From an uncultured Bacilli bacterium (GTDB taxonomy: Bacteria > Bacillota_I > Bacilli_A > RF39 > UBA660), in contig CANQYK010000002.1 in assembly GCA_947628065.1 (NCBI GenBank), forward strand, positions 1 to 57,002: DNA of 57,002 bases. The letters are read 5' to 3'. This document shows, one piece after another, positions 1 to 6,703 of the stretch. A program made the position numbers and the translations under genes. Under the pieces are notes generated by a model. That model had not been told where the DNA came from. It worked only from the letters and a program-made list of their open reading frames with translations, and searched no databases. Position 1 is the first letter of the stretch, and each line of letters opens with the position of its first letter.

Positions 1-57
1 ATTTGGACAATTATTTTTAATACAACCTTTGGTAAGATGCATTTTTAAAAAGGTTAT

Positions 58-86
58 AAAAAAAGAAAGTAGGTAAGGCCTACTTT
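58..86 (-). terminator. Rho-independent terminator downstream of the 98-661 minus-strand gene
   Basis: Perfect 8-bp stem AAAGTAGG (66-73) / CCTACTTT (79-86). On the minus strand it is followed by a T-run (plus-strand A-run 55-65). Confidence 0.6.
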
Positions 87-97
87 TCTTTGTGAAA

Positions 98-661
98 TTA
101 TTTTTTTATCTCTTTTAATATTTTTATAATTTCTTCATATATTTTAATTTTATCCTTATCTGTCCCATCGTTTTGATAAGGTGATACAAAATCATTAATT
201 TCTGATAAAACTAGATCAATATTATCCTTGTTAACCTTATCTTTAATAATTTCTAAGCATGTTTTTTTGTATCCTCTTATTGCACAACCAGCTAAAGATT
301 TATAATATGATTTTTCTGGTAATGTAGATTTTTTGTATAGATCTAGTGCCATCTCATCTGTTATGATTCTTGGATTATGAAGTATAATTTTATTGCTACG
401 AAATACTCCATGGGGTGCTGATTCACTTGGACAATCAATAACAGTCGCATCACTTGGTATTTCTACATCATAAAGAGTATCACCTCGAATTAACCATCTT
501 AAAATTTTATCCTCGGTACTAAAATTAAAACCACCCATTTCTTTTGGATTCTTACTATGTGGATTCCAATTCTTGGTAACATTTACTTCATCAATTTTAT
601 ACGTTACATCCTTTGCAGCAGAAGATGAAGTTTGAAACATAACTTTTAAATATTTTGGCAT
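98..661 (-). CDS. Hypothetical protein (187 aa)
   Basis: ORF 98-808 trimmed to the ATG at 661 (MPKYLKV...). The upstream part of the ORF overlaps a tRNA. RBS GAAAGGAGAAAG lies upstream of this ATG. Confidence 0.6.
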   Translation of the reverse strand: MPKYLKVMFQTSSSAAKDVTYKIDEVNVTKNWNPHSKNPKEMGGFNFSTEDKILRWLIRGDTLYDVEIPSDATVIDCPSESAPHGVFRSNKIILHNPRIITDEMALDLYKKSTLPEKSYYKSLAGCAIRGYKKTCLEIIKDKVNKDNIDLVLSEINDFVSPYQNDGTDKDKIKIYEEIIKILKEIKK

Positions 662-677
662 ATAACTTTCTCCTTTC

Positions 678-707
678 AAAAAATAAAAACCGTTGATAGC
701 AACGGTT
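678..707 (-). terminator. Terminator after tRNA-Ala
   Basis: 8-bp stem AACCGTTG (688-695) / CAACGGTT (700-707) with a 4-nt loop. A T-run follows on the minus strand. Confidence 0.6.
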
Positions 708-717
708 ACAATCAAAA

Positions 718-793
718 TGGTGGAGAATAGGAGGATCGAACTCCTGACCTTCACGGTGCAAACGTGACGCTCTCCCAGCTGAGCTAATTCCCC
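718..793 (-). tRNA. tRNA-Ala (anticodon UGC)
   Basis: The reverse complement GGGGAATTAGCTCAGCTGGGAGAGCGTCACGTTTGCACCGTGAAGGTCAGGAGTTCGATCCTCCTATTCTCCACCA folds as a cloverleaf. The anticodon loop is TTTGCAC, the G3:U70 Ala identity pair is present, and CCA is encoded. Confidence 0.93.
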
Positions 794-812
794 ATTAACG
801 GTCAACAATTAA

Positions 813-841
813 ATTATAACAGTAGGACAATATAATGTCAA
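813..841 (-). promoter_or_regulatory. Consensus sigma-A promoter for tRNA-Ala
   Basis: On the minus strand: TTGACA (841-836), a 17-nt spacer, then TATAAT (818-813). Confidence 0.7.
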
Positions 842-887
842 TACTTTTTTTCATAAAATTGTTATGCTACACTAAAATTATTAAGAG

Positions 888-1904
888 GTGACGAAGTTGA
901 AAGTATTACTATATGCAGAAGGATTAAAACAAATTGGAGTCAGTGGTTTAGGAAAAGCCATTGAACATCAAAAAAAAGCATTAGAATTAGTAGGAGTTCC
1001 TTATACAACAGATCCCAAAGATCATTATGATATTGTTCATATTAATACGTATTTTTTAAAATCTTATTTTCTTGCTCGAAAAGCAAAGAAAAAGAATATA
1101 AAAATTGTTTATCATGCCCATTCTACCGAAGAAGATTATGTTGATGGTTTTATTTTTGGTCATGCGACAAGAAAGCTTTTTCGATGGTGGATTACTAAAT
1201 GTTATCGCTATGGTGATATTATTGTAACACCAACACAATACTCAAAAAAATTACTCGATGGTTATAAAGAATTAAAAGGAAAAAAGATTGTTGCTATTTC
1301 GAATGGGTTAGAACTAGATTTTTTTAAGCCCGATAAAAAATATTATCAATCTTTTCGAGAACGTTATCATTATAAAAAAGAGGAAAAAGTAATTGTTGGA
1401 ATAGGTATTTATAGTAGAAGAAAAGGAATCGTTGATTTTGTAGAACTTGCGAAACGATTAAAAGAGTATCAATTTATTTGGTTTGGATCGAGTCCCTTGT
1501 CTCTTGCAACCCATGATGTAAAAGAAGCACTTTCAACCAAACTAGATAATTTAACTTTTGCAGGTCATGTCAAACAAGAACAAATAAGAGAAGCCCTTGG
1601 TGGATGTGATTTGTATTTGTTTCCAACGTTTGAAGAGACAGAAGGAATTCCTATTATCGAGGCTTGTTCTATGGAATGCCCTTCAATTATTCGAGATATT
1701 CCTATTTTTGAAGAATTTGAAGATAATGTGGTAGTTCATAAAGCCAAAGATGTAGATGATTTTGAGAAGAAAATTAAAGATTTCTTTCAAGGAAAATTAA
1801 AAGATGTCACGAAAGAAGCTAGAAAAATAGCAAAATCACGTGACATCAAGACCGTTGGAAAACAGTTAAAAGAAGTGTATCAAGAAGTATTAAAAGAAGA
1901 TTAA
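888..1904 (+). CDS. Glycosyltransferase family 4 (GT-B fold; diacylglycerol glucosyltransferase-like)
   Basis: C-terminal motif FPTFEETEGIPIIEA is typical of the GT4 E-x7-E region. GTG start follows the AAGAGG RBS. A start at the downstream TTG is possible. Confidence 0.75.
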   Translation: MTKLKVLLYAEGLKQIGVSGLGKAIEHQKKALELVGVPYTTDPKDHYDIVHINTYFLKSYFLARKAKKKNIKIVYHAHSTEEDYVDGFIFGHATRKLFRWWITKCYRYGDIIVTPTQYSKKLLDGYKELKGKKIVAISNGLELDFFKPDKKYYQSFRERYHYKKEEKVIVGIGIYSRRKGIVDFVELAKRLKEYQFIWFGSSPLSLATHDVKEALSTKLDNLTFAGHVKQEQIREALGGCDLYLFPTFEETEGIPIIEACSMECPSIIRDIPIFEEFEDNVVVHKAKDVDDFEKKIKDFFQGKLKDVTKEARKIAKSRDIKTVGKQLKEVYQEVLKED

Positions 1905-3031
1905 CGATATTTATAACTTTTGGTACCAACCGATTTAATATTTAAAACAATACCAACTAAAATCATATAAGACAAAAGACTACTACCACCATAACTAATA
2001 AAAGGAAGGGTAATCCCTGTAATTGGTAGAAGACCAATTGTCATTCCAATGTTTTGAACTTGTTGAAACAAAAGCATTGCAACAATACCAGAGAGAACAA
2101 ATTTATCGGTCTTTGGTATTTTTTTGGTTGCGAGATGGATAAGTTTAAAATCAAAGAAGAAAATAACAAGAAGAAGAAGAAGAGAGCCAATGAGTCCGAA
2201 ATTACTAGCAAAAACGGCAAAGATAAAATCCGTTCCTGATTCTGGAAAATAAATCGGTGTCTGATTATAACCGTGTCCAAAAACACCAGCAGAACCAATA
2301 GCTGCGAGGGCATTTTCTAACTGCATTCCACTTCCTGATTGCCAATTAAAAATACGTTCAAACCGGTAATAAAGATCGGTTCCAAAAATTTTAACAAATA
2401 GATTTTCTTGAAAGAAATAACAAAATAGAACGAATCCGGCAACAAGTGCGATCAAAAAGCCAAAGATAAAAAACCAACGAATGCGAATACCAGATACAAA
2501 CATCATAAAAAAGTAAATAATAAAATAAATAAGAACGGCTCCAGTATCTGGTTCTAAAAAGGTTAAGATACTAGGAATTAATACAATAAGAAAAGTCTTG
2601 ATCAGGAAGAAAAATTCTTCTTTTACACTAGGACTTTGATAAGTACTTCGAAATTTATTAATGGTAACGCCAAGGGTTAGCATGAGACTTACTTTCATAA
2701 ATTCACTTGGTTGAAAACTACCAATACCAGGAATTACAAACCAACACTTACTGTTGTTAATAGCCGGTGCGAACAGTAAAAGACAAAGAAGTAAAAGATT
2801 GCATATAAAATAGAAAATCCATGCATTTCGGTACAAATAATCATTTTTTAAATGTAGGAGGAGTAATACTAAAAGAATTCCAATCCCATACCAAATTGCC
2901 TGTTTTAAAGGAAGATTTCCAACATCTGGAGACAAATAGGTTAGGGCACTTTTAATGGTTACAATACTAACAATTGCAAAAATTAAAATTGGTATCATAA
3001 TTCCTAAATCAAGTTTTCGTTTTTGATACAT
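1901..3031 (-). CDS. FtsW/RodA/SpoVE (SEDS) family peptidoglycan glycosyltransferase
   Basis: Multi-TM protein with SEDS-type motifs (QPSEFMK, TGITLPFISYGGSS). Trimmed to the ATG at 3031, which follows a GAGGTG RBS. Confidence 0.88.
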   Translation of the reverse strand: MYQKRKLDLGIMIPILIFAIVSIVTIKSALTYLSPDVGNLPLKQAIWYGIGILLVLLLLHLKNDYLYRNAWIFYFICNLLLLCLLLFAPAINNSKCWFVIPGIGSFQPSEFMKVSLMLTLGVTINKFRSTYQSPSVKEEFFFLIKTFLIVLIPSILTFLEPDTGAVLIYFIIYFFMMFVSGIRIRWFFIFGFLIALVAGFVLFCYFFQENLFVKIFGTDLYYRFERIFNWQSGSGMQLENALAAIGSAGVFGHGYNQTPIYFPESGTDFIFAVFASNFGLIGSLLLLLVIFFFDFKLIHLATKKIPKTDKFVLSGIVAMLLFQQVQNIGMTIGLLPITGITLPFISYGGSSLLSYMILVGIVLNIKSVGTKSYKYR

Positions 3032-3118
3032 AAAGATACACCTCACAGTAATACTATTATACCAAATATTAGCAATTTTTATTATAAAAAACATAAAATA
3101 ATGTAGGAGGATAATAAG

Positions 3119-3454
3119 ATGGAGAAAAATTTACCACCTATTTTTAAGGTTTCTAGTGATAAAATACCAAACAACAATAAAAAATATTCTTATTCCAAAC
3201 AAAATGAGAGAAAAAAACAACCAAAACCAATCATAGAAGAGAACGAAAAAAATACAATCGAAGAAAAAATTGATCGTATTTTTCAAACAAGAGGGTATTC
3301 TTTTAATATTCCAGTAACCATTACTTTTGCTGGAAAGAAGATTGATACGTATCTTGCAACGAGAACAAATAATAGTATTATTACCTTAGACAATGAAACA
3401 ATACCGATTTCAACCATTACCGATTTTCAAATAAAAAACCCCATCGACTTTTGA
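3119..3454 (+). CDS. Hypothetical protein (111 aa, Lys-rich N-terminus)
   Basis: ORF with an AGGAGG RBS. No family recognised. Confidence 0.5.
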   Translation: MEKNLPPIFKVSSDKIPNNNKKYSYSKQNERKKQPKPIIEENEKNTIEEKIDRIFQTRGYSFNIPVTITFAGKKIDTYLATRTNNSIITLDNETIPISTITDFQIKNPIDF

Positions 3455-3465
3455 TGAGGTTTTCT

Positions 3466-3885
3466 TTATACTCCACTTACATAGGTATCGGCTAAACATT
3501 TTATGGCTGATACACAATCCAAGTTGATCGTAAAGAAGTTTGTTGTGGCAACATAAGGTTCTGCTACTTCTGTTGTATCAGGGTTTGGTGCTAAAATTCT
3601 ACAAGTACAACAATTTCCTTCTAAATTCTCAACTCTAAAAATACTTGATGTTCCCGTTGTTGTTCCTAAAGTATATGGAAAGGCCCAAAGAGTACCATTA
3701 AAACAGTTGTATAAGTTAAATGGTCTTGTGTTATAGCATACAAAGCTAGGATTTGGACCTAAAAATGGTTTATCACATCCACCATCATTGCAGCAGATTT
3801 CATCATTTTCTTGTAAGGCTAAGATAACACTTAAGATATCACTTAAGCAGCCTCCTTGATTTTCACATGAATTATTTGGCTTCAT
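3466..3885 (-). CDS. Spore coat/exosporium protein, CotY/CotZ/ExsY family
   Basis: Motifs C..GGC.KPFLG, NTRPF, FRVENLEG.CC and INLDC..AIKCL match the Bacillus CotY/CotZ pattern (FRVE...C, VDL.CFCAI.CL). Start ATG at 3885 follows a GGAGGAGAAAAGGA RBS. Confidence 0.78.
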   Translation of the reverse strand: MKPNNSCENQGGCLSDILSVILALQENDEICCNDGGCDKPFLGPNPSFVCYNTRPFNLYNCFNGTLWAFPYTLGTTTGTSSIFRVENLEGNCCTCRILAPNPDTTEVAEPYVATTNFFTINLDCVSAIKCLADTYVSGV

Positions 3886-3901
3886 TCCTTTTCTCCTCCT
3901 T

Positions 3902-4306
3902 TTAAAAACAATCGATAATGATATCATCAAGACAACTGATTACACAGATGCAGTCTAAGTTAATTGTAATGAATTGATTGGTTCCAATATAAGTCCTAGT
4001 AGGATCTGTTGTATCTGGGTTTTCTTCTAGGATTCTAAGTTTGACACAGCATCCTTTGACTTTCTCTACACGAAAGACGCTTGATGAAGAAATTCCTGTT
4101 GATGATTGATAGGTTGCTGTAAATAAGCTCCCATCACGCATATAGAATGTTACAGGTCTTGTATTAAAACAAACAATGTTTGGTGTTGTCCCTAAAAATG
4201 GTCTTGTACAAGACTCATCACAAGAACATTCTCCAGATGCATTTTTTTGAAGAATATCAATCACTTTCAACAGTTTTGCAAAACAGCAATTTTCCTTTGC
4301 ATTCAT
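3902..4306 (-). CDS. Spore coat/exosporium protein, CotY/CotZ/ExsY family (tandem paralogue)
   Basis: Same motif set as its neighbour (TRPFLG, NTRPV, FRVEKVKGCC, INLDCICVISCL). RBS is AAGAGGTGG. Confidence 0.78.
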   Translation of the reverse strand: MNAKENCCFAKLLKVIDILQKNASGECSCDESCTRPFLGTTPNIVCFNTRPVTFYMRDGSLFTATYQSSTGISSSSVFRVEKVKGCCVKLRILEENPDTTDPTRTYIGTNQFITINLDCICVISCLDDIIIDCF

Positions 4307-4415
4307 AATTCCACCTCTTATCTATTATCTACTATAAGGTATTCCTAATTTTCTTTTTGGTGTAGGTAGCTACCTATATTTTTAGTTTATGCCAAACAAG
4401 CAAAAATTTTCCATC

Positions 4416-4444
4416 TTGCAGGATATAGAAAAATAGAGTATAAT
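4416..4444 (+). promoter_or_regulatory. Sigma-A type promoter
   Basis: TTGCAG (4416-4421), a 17-nt spacer, then TATAAT (4439-4444), upstream of the 4462 gene. Confidence 0.55.
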
Positions 4445-4461
4445 GAACTCGGAGGATTATT

Positions 4462-4767
4462 ATGGAATATATCATTATTGGTGTCGTTCTTCTTGTTATC
4501 TTGCTTGCCGTTTTAAAAGCAAACAAAAAGGATGCTGAACTTGATCTTAATAAATTAGTAGAATATCTTGGTGGAAAAGATAACATTATTCAAACAGAAA
4601 GTAAGCTCTCAAGATTTATTGTGACGTTGAAAGATGTATCCAAAGCGAATAAGGATGCCATTCAAAAATTAGGAGCCAAAGGGATTGTGGAAATTAACAA
4701 TCAATTAAAAATAATTTTAGGACCAGACTCCAAACAATTAAAAAAGTATATTGATGAATTGAAGTAG
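4462..4767 (+). CDS. Membrane-anchored PTS EIIB(Glc)-like domain protein lacking the phospho-cysteine
   Basis: N-terminal TM helix. The rest aligns by eye to the EIIB core (L..LGG..NI......RL...LKDVSK.......KLGA.G.V). The C-(I/A)-T-R-L-R cysteine position reads S-K-L-S-R-F. The protein has no Cys at all. Confidence 0.6.
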   Translation: MEYIIIGVVLLVILLAVLKANKKDAELDLNKLVEYLGGKDNIIQTESKLSRFIVTLKDVSKANKDAIQKLGAKGIVEINNQLKIILGPDSKQLKKYIDELK

Positions 4768-4810
4768 AAATACTTCTTTTTTTGTGGTATCTTATTGATA
4801 GGAGGAGATT

Positions 4811-5485
4811 ATGAAATTAGTAACGTTTCAATCTATGGATGCCGTAAAAGATCTTTTTCAAAAAGGATATTTAGAGTGCAATCCTAAATTTATTGATTTA
4901 AAAAAATCAGGTCCAACCTATGATGTTATTTTATCAAAATTTTGTAATGCTGTGTATAACCCTGAAAAAGTAGATTATCCCATATGGTGTTGGGTAAAGT
5001 TTAAAAAAGGAATTTGTCCACCAAAACACAAAGGAAAGAAAGTATCTTCTTTTGATGTTAAAATAACTTTTCATAAAAAAGAAGAACAAGTATTAATTAC
5101 CGATTATCGAAGATTTTCTTTTCTTTTGAATAATCTTTATATTCCAACAAGTAAAAAAGACAAAGAAAGATTTGATAAAAAATTAGAAGAATATAAAATA
5201 ACCAAAGAAGAGTTAAAAGCTTATGTCCGAAAAGATAAATATGAAACACATCGAATGGATGATCTTTATCTAAGTGTTTGTAAGGAAATAAGGGATAGCT
5301 TTTCTCGTGTTTTTACGAAGGATAGTGATGTCTTACAAGGTTGTGTTTCAAGAGTTTATTTGGAAGAGATAGAGAAGATAGAGTTTTTAATGGATGAAGA
5401 TTATTGTTATGGTTCTTTTAACTATGTAAGATGGGATGGGAAGCGTTTTAATTGGAGAGAAGATTTTTATAGAAAGTTAAAATAG
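4811..5485 (+). CDS. Hypothetical protein, possibly DUF3841 family
   Basis: Strong GGAGGAG RBS. The N-terminus MKLVTFQS...KGYL resembles DUF3841 proteins, assigned from memory only. Confidence 0.4.
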   Translation: MKLVTFQSMDAVKDLFQKGYLECNPKFIDLKKSGPTYDVILSKFCNAVYNPEKVDYPIWCWVKFKKGICPPKHKGKKVSSFDVKITFHKKEEQVLITDYRRFSFLLNNLYIPTSKKDKERFDKKLEEYKITKEELKAYVRKDKYETHRMDDLYLSVCKEIRDSFSRVFTKDSDVLQGCVSRVYLEEIEKIEFLMDEDYCYGSFNYVRWDGKRFNWREDFYRKLK

Positions 5486-5498
5486 CCAAAAAAGTATA

Positions 5499-5527
5499 TT
5501 GACATCAATATTAATATGTGATATATT
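5499..5527 (+). promoter_or_regulatory. Consensus-like sigma-A promoter driving the hairpin element and the abi gene
   Basis: TTGACA (5499-5504), a 17-nt spacer, then TATATT (5522-5527). The predicted transcription start is about 5534, at the start of the conserved element. Confidence 0.65.
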
Positions 5528-5534
5528 TTATATC

Positions 5535-5580
5535 GATTAGTACTCAGGAAACTTATGAAGCCCTGAGTCAATTTTTATTT
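5535..5580 (+). ncRNA. Conserved hairpin element, copy 1 (candidate cis-encoded RNA partner or attenuator of the Abi_2 gene)
   Basis: 7-bp stem ACTCAGG (5542-5548) / CCTGAGT (5562-5568) with the 13-nt loop AAACTTATGAAGC, followed by AATTTTTATTT. Repeated at 6495-6532 with compensatory stem changes. Confidence 0.5.
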
Positions 5581-5596
5581 ATGGGGGGAATATTAT

Positions 5597-6466
5597 ATGA
5601 AAGAATATAAAAATAATGAAGAATTGTTAGAATCTTTGAAAAATAAAAATATAATTATTGATGATGAAAAAATGACTTTAAATATCATAGATAATTATTC
5701 TTATTATTCTGTTGTTAACACATATAAATATGTATTTAAAAAAGAAGATAATACATATTTTGAGAATGTTCATTTCGATGAAATATATTCTTTATATAAT
5801 TTTGATAAAAATATAAGAACTATATTTTTAAAATATGCTTTAGAATTTGAATTAAAAATAAGAGGAGTGATGGGAAATACTATTGCTAAAAATTATGGGA
5901 TTAAAGATTATCTTAACAAAATAAATTTTGATGAATTAGCAAATGAAGATGATATAAATAATGTAATAGATTCTATAAATGCAGAAATAGATAAAAATAA
6001 AGGCAAGCATCCAGCTATTACGCATTATGATCAAACTTATGGTTTTATACCTCCATTTGTTGTAATTAAAATATTATCTTTCGGACAAATAAGTAGATGG
6101 TATGGATTATTAAAACAATCAGATAGAAACGAAATAGCTAAAAAGTTTAATGTATCCCCAAAATTACTAAAACAAATTCTTATTAATATGACATTAGCAA
6201 GAAATATTTGTGCTCATTCTGATAGATTATTTTCTTTTCATAGTAAATTTTTTATGACTTTTCGTTTAATAGATAACACATATAAAACAAATAATAATTC
6301 AACTAATTTATATATGTTAATTAGAAGTATGGAAAAATTCTTAAGTGAACGAGATTACAAAGACTTAATAAATTTGATTAATAAAGAGTTTCATAATTTA
6401 AATGGATCTATTAAATCAATAGATACTAGAATAATTTTAGAAATCATGGGATATCCTAGTGTATAA
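5597..6466 (+). CDS. Abi_2 family (AbiD/AbiF-like) abortive-infection HEPN protein
   Basis: ARNICAHSDRLF matches the Abi_2 RN..AH..R motif (HEPN Rx4H). Size (289 aa) and the highly AT-rich composition fit the family. Confidence 0.75.
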   Translation: MKEYKNNEELLESLKNKNIIIDDEKMTLNIIDNYSYYSVVNTYKYVFKKEDNTYFENVHFDEIYSLYNFDKNIRTIFLKYALEFELKIRGVMGNTIAKNYGIKDYLNKINFDELANEDDINNVIDSINAEIDKNKGKHPAITHYDQTYGFIPPFVVIKILSFGQISRWYGLLKQSDRNEIAKKFNVSPKLLKQILINMTLARNICAHSDRLFSFHSKFFMTFRLIDNTYKTNNNSTNLYMLIRSMEKFLSERDYKDLINLINKEFHNLNGSIKSIDTRIILEIMGYPSV

Positions 6467-6494
6467 TTAATTTGATATTTCATATACTATTATT

Positions 6495-6532
6495 GATTAG
6501 TATTTAAGAAACTTACGAAGCCTTAAGTCAAT
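6495..6532 (+). ncRNA. Conserved hairpin element, copy 2
   Basis: Stem ATTTAAG (6502-6508) / CTTAAGT (6522-6528) with loop AAACTTACGAAGC. The flanks GATTAGTA and GTCAAT are identical to copy 1. Confidence 0.45.
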
Positions 6533-6534
6533 CT

Positions 6535-6569
6535 GCCTAATTTCTTTTTAAGAGATTAGGCATTTTGTT
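6535..6569 (+). terminator. Rho-independent terminator
   Basis: GCCTAATTTCTT / AAGAGATTAGGC form a 12-bp stem with one mismatch (6535-6561), followed by ATTTTGTT. Confidence 0.7.
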
Positions 6570-6703
6570 AATTGATTATTATAGTGCTGCTATGAAAGAA
6601 GAATAACTAGATCAATGTAGGATTAAAATTTCTTCTTTTTTTTCGTTTTAATTTTTGTTATACTTTTAATGGAATACATATATAGGAAAGGATGCGTGAT
6701 AAG

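Noticed and set aside
662-808. N-terminal 49 codons of the 236-aa minus-strand ORF (98-808).
   Set aside because: This part is simply an open frame across tRNA-Ala (718-793) and its terminator. The real gene starts at the ATG at 661, which has its own RBS.
6461-6500. Sequence similarity between the region downstream of the abi gene (AATTTGATATTTC..ATATACTATT) and the region upstream of the type III TA promoter (10778-10820). It could hint at a shared mobile cassette boundary.
   Set aside because: The identity runs are only about 13 and 9 nt, lie in extremely AT-rich promoter-like DNA, and are interrupted by an indel. I cannot distinguish this from chance without a statistical search.
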